From positions 2,998,513-3,062,512 of the forward strand of contig CM082588.2 in the NCBI GenBank assembly GCA_040954595.2: 64,000 bases of DNA, in the 5' to 3' direction. The DNA comes from Balanoglossus misakiensis. Taxonomy: Eukaryota; Animalia; Hemichordata. Of this stretch, positions 1 through 40,102 are shown one piece after another (position 1 is the stretch's first letter; each line of letters opens with the position of its first letter). Made by a program: the position numbers and the translations under genes. A model generated the notes under the pieces. The model made no database searches. It saw nothing but the letters and a program-made list of their open reading frames with translations, and was not told the DNA's origin.

Positions 1-27003
<27,003 letters not shown>

Positions 27004-27123
27004 TATCGGGCTAGCGTGAGTTAAGAGCTCAACGAAAGCAAATGAGCTCCCGAGAGAGCAAAATAATCCAACAACCTCCTTGCAGACAGGTAGACCTAAG
27101 TTATGTTTACCGTCGCACTGTTG

Positions 27124-27156
27124 GCCGCCATTTTGGAGATTGTTGTCGTTAGGAAC
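27124..27156 (-). promoter_or_regulatory. Dynein 5' region: YY1 consensus plus X-box-like element
   Basis: GCCGCCATTTTG at 27124..27135 (CAAAATGGCGGC on -) and gttgtcgttaggaac at ~27142..27156, about 120-150 bp upstream of the ATG. Confidence 0.45.
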
Positions 27157-27778
27157 CAAAAGTTCCCGGATGTTGTTCCTATCCTGGGAGCGCCGCTGTT
27201 CACAAAACTTTTCGATTACTTTGTTTTTTATTTAGCAACGTAGTTTAACCCAATTCACCAGATGCAGTTGACATGTCTTATACTAAGGAGTTTATTTTCT
27301 TTTCAGTACAACAAAAACAAGTTTTACATTGAATCATGCTCAATAAAATCATGTAGACAATACAAAGGTCACAGTACCTCAGTTGACAAATTACAAGCAT
27401 GTTTTTCATGAAGTCCATAATAAATTATCTGTGTACACAAAACCCATTTTGGTAATGCCATCCTAAATAAAACTTTTCCATTACGCTGTCGTCATGATTT
27501 TAGGTAAAAAAATATAAAGTTTATGTTGTTTAGCTGCACTCCAGTTTCAAGGCCTCTCAAGAATCATAATCTTGAAATCTGACTGAATGAATGACCTTAC
27601 TTTTGACCAGTTTCGAATGCCTGAAATGGCCATGACAAATAAATTTATTTCATCACATGATCTGTATTCTGATGAGTGAGTTCAACGTACACAATACAAT
27701 GTGCTTGTAAAAACATGACAATGGTGATTTGAACCAGACTGTCACTGAACATAAATAACATATAAAATCTTTTAATAA

Positions 27779-30154
27779 TTAATCGTTAATGCTTGTGTTC
27801 AGTGCCTCTGTTTCACTCGGTCCTTCGTTATCACGATTTGATGCTGCGTTAATTGGCACTGGTTCTTCTGTTGTCAATGTTTGATTATTTGTCCTGGTTC
27901 TGTCGCCGGCTTCAGCATCCATACGGGAATAACTACTATCCCTTGGTGCTTCTGCTGTTGGTTTTACACTGTAGACGATTAAACCGATGACGATGGTGGA
28001 AAATGCCAGGATGTAGAGTGGAGTGAACTGAAAAATAGACAGAGCTGGAAATTAGAATGGTCTACAGAAAAGATCTCCATTATGAATATTCACTTTCCAT
28101 CCACTGGCAGTACAAAGGGCATGCCTCTACCCATATCCATACCACACAACGTTGTCACGTAACACTCTCAAGAAAGATTTACCAATTCTAATCATGACCC
28201 CCTACCTTATATTGAAAGATAAACAAACCGCAGAAGAACGTGTAGAAGTCGGCTGTCAGAATGGACAGGTTGACGACGGTGGCGCTGCTTATGTTAATGA
28301 CCACAGGAAACAGTGAGTAGAGAAGGAACAAACACAGAGCGAATCCCAGCAGCAACAGGACTACTTCAGTGCTCCAGGACAGAGAGGCCAGTTCATGTCT
28401 CTCCAGAACAACTCTGAAAATGTGATCAAAATAGACAATGTTACCAGAATATGGGACTTAGATTGTGGTGAATACATGGAAACTTTCTGTGTTATTATGT
28501 GTGTGTGTGTATACTATGTAATTTTCCTCTGTGAGGGTTCATACTTCAGTGTTGATGACGAGTTAATAATGAATACTTACAGTTGGATTCCACTGATCAA
28601 ACTGGCCCACATTCCCAGCATTGCAAGGAATTCAACCCGGCTGAAGTTCCTGATGGCAAACTCCTCTGCTACATTAGACACACCATAAAGAGAGGCACCA
28701 ACCAAGCAGAGCATGTCACCGAGAAATTTATCAGAACCTGCAAAACAAAGTAAAATTGTGGATCAACATGAATAGCTCCCTCTAGTGATGAGACTAGTAA
28801 ATCCTGAACATATACATGTAGTTTGCTATCTTTCTGGGCGCTTCTGTTTGTTTGTTTTTGAGTAAAACCATAATTATATCTCCTGAAACTGTAAGTTTTC
28901 TTGGCTGCTAATGGTTCTGAATGTTCTCCTACCTCCAAAGTGTGACCTGCCGGCATGGAGATCAGATCCAACCAATGCTCCAACGCCGAGAAGACAGACT
29001 GCAACACCAATGTAATGCAGCCAGCGGTATCTCACTCTCAGTACAATGAACGAGAGTAACAGTACAACAGGGATGGTTATACAGTCCAGCAGCTGTGGTG
29101 AATAAATGAGAATGATAGCATTGTATTTGATTATTATGCCAGGCGAGTCATAAAAGTACACGTGTTCAACTTTCATATTGTGAGAGATTCACCACATTTC
29201 ACAATTACCTGTATGCTTGTCAAATTAGTGTACTGGTATGCCTTCACAACAAGATAGTTCGCCTCTACATCCACAATCGCCACAAATAAATACTTCCACC
29301 AACGAGCCTTGAACATTGTCTTGAAGCCATCCCTGCCACTGACGAAGAACAGTTGAATGCCATAGACTATCCCCAGGAGAAGATAGTTAGTGAAACTCTG
29401 GGCTGTTGGTGCAGCGACACCATGTCGGTCAAACAACAGTTGACTTGTCACCGATGTCCCGCAGATTAATAAGGACAGCATCTGACCAAAGAGACATATC
29501 TTCAAAAATTTCCTGGGGAAGCAAAAGGATGCATAGTTACTGTGGTATGTATCTGACGGATTGATTGACAGATTAATTGGTTATTGATTGATTGATTGAT
29601 TGACAGATTAGAAATTCTTCTGTCTATAAGGCAGGCTGAGGAATCACACTGACTGTGATAGCTTGATTCAACTAGGCGCAATCAGTGTGATTCTGATGCC
29701 TGTGATGCAAGCCATCAATGCCTCACTGATGAAGCTTGATCATGCTGATGTGAATGTGTCACGTGGGGAGGAGGGAAGTGACGTCTGTCCAGTGTTTTGG
29801 TGGATCCATATTGTTCTGTGTGCTCTGAAATGACTGACGTTCACACCACAAGTTGAACAGTTGGCTCCTAACATAAAATATAATCGTGCACTCATCAACT
29901 TTTCATCCAATACGTGATCACTCCTTCCACATGGTGAGCAAACATCAAGATCAATGTCAATTGTCCTTCATTTTCATGGCAAATCCCAGTGGACTTGCAC
30001 TTATGATAAAACGTGGACTTTCTGCGAAAAAATAATGTACCTACATTGTGAAAACTGGCGAAACTTTCCTTCTGAACTTTATAAACAGTGTCGTGGCATC
30101 CCTTTTATTTTCGATGGTGGGTTGTTCCCGTTCTCCAGCGTTGGACGTAGCCAT
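27779..30154 (-). CDS. SLC35F2: Solute carrier family 35 member F1/F2-like transporter
   Basis: ATG at 30154 (MATSNAGERE; exon 30045..30154). Later exons encode [80 protein letters not shown] and SATVVNLSILTADFY. The last exon ends ...LNTSIND* at 27779. Confidence 0.9.
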
Positions 30155-30665
30155 GGTGCACTCATACACGTGCTAGAAGCGATCGACCATGTGCGTTTAC
30201 GTTGATATCAGGGCATGACCTTAAAACGAGTGTTTTGATTGGTGGTGTAGTAGTGACCCAGGTCAAGCTGTAAATTTCTATTTCCAGGAAAATGAATTCC
30301 CTTCGGAAACTTTGCCTATATATTTTTCCAGAACTCTTAATAGAATTCATACATTTAATTTTTTAAAGGGTAAAATTAAACGATTCATTACAGTTCGCTT
30401 TAGATCGGTGAAAGTCTGTCAATTTTAGACATTTGTGCACCAATCAGATTAGCCGTATTCGATTGGAAGGCGGTGTGGATTAATCAGGTGATCGGGTCAG
30501 CTGACCGGAAGTACTTGTCTGTAATTTATATATATTCGAAATTGGAGTTGGGGGAAGTCCTCCTTGCCGGTGAACACAGACGTTTTCCTCATTACCTTCG
30601 AAGAAATATCCTCATCGCCGATCACATATATATATTTCTATAATTTTAGTAATGGAAGCTTTGTG
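30155..30665. promoter_or_regulatory. Bidirectional promoter between SLC35F and RAB39
   Basis: Divergent ATGs are ~510 bp apart. CCAAT boxes occur in both orientations (ccaatcag ~30440, gattgg ~30461) and an ETS-type accggaagt at ~30504. Confidence 0.6.
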
Positions 30666-32515
30666 ATGGATCCGCCAGGGTTACCAGCAGAAGTTATATG
30701 GGAGTACCAGTTTCGGTTGATTTTGATCGGTGACTCAACCGTCGGCAAGTCCTCGCTTTTGCGAAGGTTTTGCGATGGGAAGTTTGTTGAATTTTCCGAC
30801 CCGACAGTCGGTGTGGACTTCTTTGCCAGGCTACTTGAAGTTCAGCCGGGAATCAGGGTGAAACTGCAGCTCTGGGATACGGCTGGCCAGGAGCGTTTTC
30901 GGTGAGTTTTTGCTCAGATCCGTGGTTATTCACCCTGACCCCGGCGCGGCGACTCGCGTACAATAATCGATCGCCCTATCTGTGTACTTGAGGGCCAAGG
31001 TGGGCGTGTTTTTGTTTACATGTAGTTAAACAGTTATATGCTAATTATTGCAACAAAACAATCGCCTGGTCATTATCACCTCCGACACGATTATCGCCAC
31101 CCAATGATGTCGCGCGTCGGGCGCGTGAAATCCCATCTGTTTACGTCATGTTTCATTTCATGCGCATGGCAACATTTAACACGTCAGCTCCCCAGATGTT
31201 AATAATAATCTTCCTGGCTATTGGGCTATTTGGGAGATCGGGAAAATGCCACGTTGTCCATGCTTACACTTCAACATCAAACGACCTTTTTTTACATGTA
31301 TGTTGAAGTCTGTTGGAAATTTAGATACTCCGCAGACTTGTCATATTCTGAATGTAAATGATGCAATATATCCACAAGGAAGTTATTCAACCTGCATATG
31401 TAAAGCCAGCATTACATAACAATGTTATAAATAAATATATTTACTGCAGATATGTTTTGTAGATTTCTTTTGCATCTTGAAATATACAAAAACCCACGTT
31501 CATTGTAGATTTCATTTTCAATTCACATAGCTGGACCGTCAAAGTGTCACTTGGCAACAGTAGCTGTTGCTATGGTGTGAATTCTTCTACAGCATAAGAT
31601 TAGATTTCAGCTGTCAGTCATCTCTGACCTTTGACTCTGTCTCCATTGGCCTTACAAAACATGTGATTTTATAATCTGTTTGTTGTTTATGGCCTGTCCT
31701 TCATAGTCCGCCTCAGGTCCTCCATCTTTACTGTCACAAGGTCAAACGCTCAAACCAAGCTGACCTTTCCTCTGACCCTGAAGGTCATACAGAGTCAAAT
31801 AAAGGCCTACAAACATCCTTGTGGTTTTTCAGAAGGCCTTGAAGGCTCTGTAGTTGCTGGTCTCGACATGAAAATATTTTCATGATCTGTTGCAGCTGTT
31901 CCTAATGTGTCACTCAGACTTTTTTTCTTTTCCCATGAAGCAGAATCGATTGCATTAATGTTAATTTGTTGGTTGCCGATATTGGCCTGATTGAAATCCA
32001 ACAAACATATGTGGCTTGGCACAGACTATATATTTAGCATGTTTGGTTGCTGGGAGTTTTAATGCATGGCTTTTGTTCACCTTTTCAGCTCCATCACGAC
32101 GTCGTACTACCGGAACTCGGTGGGAGGCATGCTGGTCTATGACATTGCCAACCGGGCAAGCTTTGAACATTTACAAGACTGGCTGGAAGAGGCTTACGAC
32201 AACGTGAACCCGGACAAGATCGTCTTCATGGTGATCGGGCACAAGTCGGACATGGAGGAGCAGCGGCAGGTCTTACGAGAGGAAGGGGAGAAGTTCGCGA
32301 AGGCCTACGGGATGAAATACATTGAGACGTCGGCCAAGACGTGCCAGAATGTGGAGGAGGCGTTCAAGATCATCAGTGTGGACATTTATAAGATGGTGAA
32401 GAGCGGTCAGCTGCCGGTCCGAGAGGGGTGGGACGGGGTCAAGAGCGGGTTCCTGCCGCGTCACACGCTACAGCTGCAAGATCCGGAGGGAGAGCCACAC
32501 AAAGTCTGCTGTTGA
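30666..32515 (+). CDS. RAB39: Ras-related protein Rab-39 (220 aa, 2 exons)
   Basis: Exons 30666..30901 and 32089..32515. Motifs: [45 protein letters not shown]|[30 protein letters not shown], and a C-terminal CC prenylation site. Confidence 0.95.
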
Positions 32516-32658
32516 AGAAGAGAAACTGTCGGAGTTTGACCCGTTACTTTTATTCATTATCCTGGTGATACTATGTTGTAATTACTCACTCTAAAGAAAA
32601 ACAAATGGGTAAAAATCTTTTAATGGAAAAGAATGCACATCACTCGAATACTGATTAA

Positions 32659-32743
32659 CCCTTTCACCACCATGGTTCAGTCCAAACCCGTTGTTTCCTA
32701 TGGTAAGGTTGGACCTGTAAAGAGGGAACTTGGGGTGAAAGGG
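32659..32743 (+). mobile_element. piggyBac-like 85-bp MITE in the RAB39 3' UTR
   Basis: TTAA-ccctttcacc ... ggtgaaaggg-TTAA: perfect 10-bp TIR, CCC terminus and TTAA target duplication (32655..32658, 32744..32747). Confidence 0.8.
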
Positions 32744-35572
32744 TTAAGTGAGATGATCCACTGGGAGATTTCCCATAATGCAGTGAAAATATCTCCCATG
32801 AAGCCCTTGGATATTTCCTACCATGCGTTGGAATATTTGCATCCTCAAACAATTATGTTTGTTTGGACGTGATTCGAAAATGTGCATTCAAATCCAAGAA
32901 CTCGAACACAAAATTTGATTTCCATGGACTTCTCTCATGCTACCATTACATGTAAGAACAAACAGAATGAGTTAAAGACAGAGAGTACTAGTAATGTATA
33001 AGAAAATATAAAGTACAATGTACAAAATCTCCTATATGTTTATTTTGTGTGAGAAATTCTTTTTATGATCTGTGTTACTCAACTCAAACAACATCCGTCT
33101 TTGCTGACTGTCTAGATCAAACCATTTATACTCTGTGGTGGTTGAGTCCATTGTTGTCAATATTGGGGTGTGGAAGGGTTGGAATGGGGGTGAATCTGTC
33201 AGTACGAGATAGCTGAAATCCATGTCACAAATTTCATTCTTGTGTATAAGTCACAAAACTATGTTAGAACATCCCAGGTTTATGTTCCAAAGATCATTGT
33301 TCTGTAATCAGTGAAAATAAGCAATTTTTAGTTCTCTTTTACTTTATGAAATCTTGGACAAGGTTTTGTTCTTTTAATTTTTTGTGATTTGAGGTCTGTG
33401 AGAGTGAGAAATAAATTACTAGTAACTTCTGCAGCTAGCGCAGAGGGCCAGAGTCAAAATGTGAACCTGTGGAGGGTTTGCTGAACGAGAATACGAACTT
33501 GCATGTCTTCTTTTCTGTTGGCCAGTATTTATTGACCTTTTATTTTGATGGCACAGTCTCTTTTTTGTGATAGAATTTTTGCAATCATGTGCTTGTTTCC
33601 CAAAAGCATTCGGTATGTATGGACAGAGGAATAGTTTTGTGAATCCTATGTTATCAGTTTCAGGCAATTTATATAATTTTCAAGTAGAGACAGTAAGAGA
33701 TGAGGGGTTTACAGTTACTGTGACTTGAACCAGTTATTTTCAGGGCGAAAATCAGGACCAACTCCGCACATCATGAAATCAAATTTTTTGCAAGTGTGTA
33801 CAGCATTAGAAGTTCGCTGTTGCTAGATTAGACAACTGTGGTCAAACGATACTGAGAACTCAACATTCAAAGAGCTGCAAGCAGGTCAAAATTTCATAGG
33901 CACCCCTGGTGAGAGTTTGTGTGTGTGAACAAGAAACGAAAATGGCACATTTAGAGTAGACTAGAGCTATTTATTGGAATGCTGTGTGTAAAGGTGATGT
34001 ATTTGGTAAAGAGATTGAGTACTGTATGAATTAATTTGGTAGTTGTGAGAGAGATATTTTATGAATTTGGTACTAGGTAAGAAAAAAAATAGGGAAACTG
34101 AATTTTCGTAGGAATGAACTTTATTCTTTACCCTTCCAAAGCTGAACTAACTGTACTGATATTTACTCTCTTTTTTAAATGCAAAGTGCTTCCAGCGAGC
34201 TGCAACATACCTGAACATATCATGTGTTAATGTTCAACATAGAGCAAAATCGTTTCAAATCCTACTTAAAGTGGAACCCTGCCTTCAGAGAAAACCTTGA
34301 CTGCTCCATGAAAACACCTACCTGTAAACACTGGTTGTGAATAAAAGTGCTTATTACCAATAGTTCTGCATGTTTAAGGGTAGCCACATATTAGAAATGC
34401 TTTCCTAACCCTCCCGCTATTTTCAGTACTTGAATATATACCAAACAACACATAGATGAGTGGACTCTCCATACTGAAATGTGTGAAGCTCATTTTTGAA
34501 CATTAACAAACCAGCAGATTTTTTGGACCCCCAAGTGCACACTGGATCACCGCTAAGAATCAAATTTGGCACATTTAATTCTCAGCTTCACTTTCTCTGA
34601 TTCAGAAGATCAAATCCTTGCTTGTTTTAACTTGTACAAAAATAAATGAGTAATAATACCAATTTGTCAATCTAAACACTACAGATTTTTATTGGTCCAA
34701 AAAATCTGCACATCTGGTACTTTATGGCTTAATATGCAAATATGTACTAATTCAGCATTGTACTATTCAAAATGTTTTGCAGCTTAATAATACATACATG
34801 TATTTGAAGAGAATTTAACATATTTATTGTAAAAAAGATTTTATGTTTTTGGTGTGGCTGAATGTGTAGGTTTATTCTAATAAATGTTAAGCATGTCATT
34901 AGTGTTGTTTTGCCAGAGAATTATCAGCACTATTTCTGAAATCAAACCACTGTATAAACTGTTAACTTGCTCACCCCTATCCCACCATCCACAGAAAAAG
35001 ATTGAGCTGATCCTACCCCATATTTGTTGATGGTGGATCAGTCTACTTTGAAAGACCACAGGGATGACAGGCTCAATTTGAGGGGGCTTTTGAGTATAGC
35101 ATTTATACAAAGTTCATTTCATGTGTAATTTAAAATTTCAGACTATGAATTGGGGATTATGTATACTGTAATGAGTTGAGTTTGTACGAGTGTCTCAGCA
35201 TTGTGTGTTGTATTATTTGCTCGTATAAGCTGAATAAATCCTGTAATTTTGAAAAATTAATTTCAATGGATTTGTATTCTTTCCTCATCATTCTGTGCTG
35301 GGAAAACTAAAATAAGCACAAAAATCGTTGCATCATCAATAAACGTTCACCTTTATTCTGCTGTCATGTTAGGCATACATTAAAATGTCATAAAAATGAT
35401 ATAAAGAATACAAATCAAAGTAAATGCAACATTGGTCTTGTAGACCAGATATGATGAGTAAATATTTCACATATATCCGCAATGTTCCAATGGTGAAATT
35501 CATTTTCCGATGGGGATCCCGAGAACTGGCCAATTTCAAGACCTCAGCTGAGGATAAACAATGCAGGCCACA

Positions 35573-38500
35573 TCAACTGACCACTTGGGCATCACTTGAA
35601 AGGAGCTGTTTTGTTTCGGCCATTGTTGAGTCGTTACTTGCACTGTCAATGTCCTCTTTTTCAACGTCATCTTCTTTCTCCGTTTTCAACCACCAATACT
35701 TTTCCGCCGACACCAATCGCTTCCATGAAAAAACTATCATAACCTGAAATATACAGAAATCATGGCATACATGTGTTATCAAAATCAGAATGTTTACTAC
35801 ACATCAACTCAGAGTTGACTATAACGCATTGAAGTCACCACTTAAACTTCACCACTTATGCAACAGGTGGTTAAATAACTGAGTATGGTGTTGCACTATT
35901 TGTAAGACTACAGGTTGCTGTTGAGAGATTGTGGCAATTAAACTTACCAAGAGCATGACCAATAAACCCTCCATAACTCCAAAATTAATATAGAGGATGT
36001 GAAGAGCACCACTGCCCCACAGAGGACCAAGGATTGTCCCGATGCCATCCACTGTACGTCTTATACCCTGACTAATACCTGGGAAAGGGAAAGTGTAAAT
36101 ATGGATTATTGTAGGTGCATGCATATTTGGGGAAGGGAAAATGCACAGAAACGGTGCTTCTGGGACTTTTCAATACTGTTGCCTTACCTTGAGTTCTATC
36201 TGAGGTAATTTTAGAGTAGAGAGACACAACCACTGCAGCAAAGAAAGGCAGTCCAGCGACATCGAAGAATATCGCAATCAGAAATATTGGCAATATACCA
36301 GGCTCATCTACAATAAATATAGAATAATGTTATGTGTTGTCATGTTGATAATGCTTTGTGAAAAGTACACAATATCTCAATTAAACTCTATGTGCACTGT
36401 ATGATATTTTGTCGTACATACCCGGTGTGGCAGTGGGTACAAAATACAAAAGCCACGTCATCGAAACGATGGTCAGCAAAACGCCCACCACCAGTAGTTT
36501 CCGATCTTCAACTCTTGAACTCAGGAAATGTACAAATGCATAGACCACAAGAATCTGAATGCAAACACAAAAAAACAGACATTGTGGGTTGTAATAGAGA
36601 ATTTCATATATATATTCACGACAAACAAGAATTGTAAATTTGATGATAGGAAGCCTTACCTCGACACCAGCACCACAGAATACTAAACTGTTCTGAAATA
36701 CACCGAAGTTCAAAAGTGTGTTTGTCATCGGAGTTAATATTGTCTGCAAAAGAAAACAATCAGAAAATCTGAGACAGGGCAGACCGAACAATATCATAGT
36801 CACTGAGTCAGACTCATCACAATACAATCTGGTGTTGTCAGCTTTTTCAACTAATGGTGGTGGTATGTGTGTGCCAAAGGTTGCTGCAATAGGTCTGTAA
36901 AGATGTCACAGCTTACCTCTAAACAGGTCTGATTGAAAGAAAGGAAAAACTGGGCTGTCAAAAGTACAATAACTTGATCTCGGATATACTCTGCAAATAA
37001 AACATTTGAATATCATTATCACTCAAACACTTGCATGGTTATTATTACTACACAGATGGCCTATACATATTGTAGTATAAGTACAATTACTGTCAAAGTA
37101 ACTTAATCTCACAGGTATGAAACAGTTTCAAACTACACAGCAAAATACCTTTGCAAAAGCTCCACTTTCCCGGATAAATGTCTGATCCATATTGCTCTGA
37201 AAATGCCTTTGACTTTTCATATTCTGGATTTTCTTCTAACGGCAAATCACTCCATGTGTCATTCAAAGTGCCATTTGCCTGTACAGCTGTTCTATGACTT
37301 GTTGTGTGTTGGTCTTCGTCTGTGATGTAATCTCCCGGGCAGGAGTGAACACTGATGCTGTCGTACGAGTTGTTTTCTTTTCCAAGTTCGTCCTCATCAC
37401 TGAGTGCCGAGAATAACCTTCTGTCTCTCCTGCGTGCCATCAAAGACTTGCACAGCACACCAGGTTCCTCGAAGCTGGAACTCATGTACGTGGGCAGATG
37501 AGGCGCGGTGCTTTCGATGGAAACCAAGTATGGTGGCCTTCTCATTGCTTTGTCGGTTCCACCATGGTGCAAGTCGCCCACGAAGTCCTCCTCCTCGGAG
37601 CCCTCCAGGGTGCCACCTCCGTCTTGGATTTGTCGCTCGGCTATCAACATTTTCTCTTGCTCTTCCAGGGTCGGAAGGTCAAAATACATGAAGATGATGA
37701 TGATGTCCATGATAATCCACAACACACACATAAATATCTGTTGTTTGAAAAAAAAATGGGGGAATACATGTATACAGGTATTAAATTTGATCTTCACTGA
37801 TTTTTTAAAAATATAATTCCAGAATTATCTCGACACACTTACCCCAGGTGAGGTGTATTCATTGACATGCCAAGGTCCGATGTAAAAATCCAGAGATCCC
37901 AAAAAGATGTTCAACCCGGGACCCAGAAGAAGTCCAACCTCTCTTGCTGCCATGGCAACGGTGATTGCGGCGGTTCTCTCGCTCTCTGTCGTGGTCTGGC
38001 TGATGTGAGCGAATATGGCGGAACTGCATCCCATACCAACGCCTGTCGTCAAGTGAGATATTGCAGATTGTGAAGAATTGGCAGAACTGTGTCAAGAAAC
38101 TACATAACATACATAATGGACAATTCTAGGAGAGTTCTAGAACTATCTGAAAGTACTGAACCTTTCTTGTACCAAAATAAACATTACTTAATTGAATCTC
38201 ACTGACCTGCAACAAGTCTGCTCAGTAGTATAAAATACTTGGAAATTCCCATAAAATACATAAAATTACCTGTAAGAAAAAAACACAGCTCAAAGTGAAT
38301 GTGAAATGATGGAACAGTAATCAAATCAATAAACCTTTTAATATTCTTTAACACAAATTTTTTTCATTGATATATTAACCATATTAATACTTACCAGCAA
38401 TCTCCCAGAAATTACAAAACAATATAATAAGTTTTGTTTTGTGGGTTTTGTCATACCACCGACCAAACAGTGGAGCTGTCAGGAGGCCGGTGAGACTAAA

Positions 38501-39293
38501 TGCGGACAGGCAAAGTCCAAGGAAATATGGTTCTGCATCATAGGTTTTCGACAGATAGGCATAGATGGTGGGAAGGATCACAGCTATGAGGAGTAATGTG
38601 AGAGAAAGAAAGATACGAATACTTTAGTGATCGAAGATCAAGCAAAATTCATTACACCAGTGTTGTAACTTTTATGACCAGCAATTTCTGAAACATGTCA
38701 AGGAATTACCACAACTTTATTGAACTTTTTTTAGTGTATTAGCTGGTTGGAAAAGTACGCTTGACTACCGAAAAAGTTTTGTTTTCTTATCTGGAGGAGC
38801 ATGAAAAGCCTTGTTTTGTGTTCAGTGATCAAAATCAGCAAACATGACGCATATTTTGCTCAACAGCACAATAAAAACACTCACTAAAAGTCGCCAAAAA
38901 GTGACGTACACTAATGAAAGTATGTGTTACACCCGCCGTTGGTGGCGACATAGACATTTCCTGCAGAACAGAAATGAATCTGAATCTCTGGCTTTCCAAA
39001 AGTAACCTTTGTACCATAGCATGATCCATAAAGCTGTAACTCAATGTGGTGTGACAACATACGCCCGTGTTCAATAAGTCAATTGTGTCTGGCTATTGGT
39101 TTTGTAGTCCACACTAAATACCAGGCAAAACCCCGAGCTACGGTACTGCTCCATGCTCCGACTTTTTAAGCACTTCAGAAAGTTTAGTCCGGAGTCCAAA
39201 ACAGTGTTCGTACTCACCATATTCAACACTACCGATGAGAAAAAATATTCCAGTGGATACCTGCGTTAGTCGTCGTTTAGTCTTTAGTTTCAT
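35573..39293 (-). CDS. MFSD8: MFSD8/CLN7-like major facilitator superfamily transporter (about 11 exons)
   Basis: ATG at 39293 (MKLKTKRRLTQ). Spliced sequence includes EY|AVILPTIYAYL, LGLCLSAFSLTGLLTAPLFGRWYD, LSRLVAGVG, YTSPG, FNQTCLE, SLYSKIT, QGIRRTVDGIGTILGPLWG and SWKRL. Stop at 35573. Orthology to MFSD8 versus an invertebrate paralog is not resolved. Confidence 0.82.
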
Positions 39294-40102
39294 GTTACAA
39301 CAAACTGGCGGATAATTTCCGTGGATCATACAATTGCAGAGATCGGTGAATGATTTACGCGTTTAAGTAGTCCGAACATACGAGTACCGCATCGTGTTGC
39401 GCCACCAAACACCCTGCCTTCAACCTTTGCTGGGTCAAAGGTTGAAGGTCAACATTAAAGCTGGTACATGCCTTGGGCAAGCTTATATACGCCTTACACC
39501 GTGCTCACCGTACATTTCAACTACTTCTGCTACTACAACGATTTCTACTATTCACACAGAAGACAAATTTCATGAGAGACACAAGTTCAAAGTTGACATA
39601 CTTTATTAAGAATTGTAACAAGGCAGTTATGAGTTGTTCTAAATCACACGTCATATACAGTCTGTCAAAAAGTTTGAAATCAAAACAATTAAGTTTTTAA
39701 AGTACTCAAAAATGCACACGGAATAACTTAAACCCCAATATAATTCACAGTACTGCAGAGAAAACGGTCAAAGAAAACACGAGAAAAAAAGGCTTGTCAC
39801 ACAAGTCTGCATTACGTCAATAAAATTGTAACAAAAAAGTCGTATGTCAGGTGTCTACTTCTTACACCAAGACAGCAAAATTTAACAGAACACGTTTACA
39901 CAAAGTGTAATAAAAATTGGGCTAAGATTCAGTGTGAATATATCTGGTCAAGTGTCATGGTATCAGAATACAAGAAATAACTTCCGCACGTTCTACAACA
40001 GATCTGGCATCATGGACCTAATGGATGGTTCAAAGTGTAGACTACACTACAGTTAACGTTGCAGTGCATGCTGCAACATTAGGCTTGTGAATACAAAAAT
40101 TG

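Noticed and set aside
27004-27159. 52-aa N-terminal extension of the dynein in the ORF track
   Set aside because: It starts at a non-ATG codon and runs through promoter-like motifs. The first in-frame ATG is at 27003.
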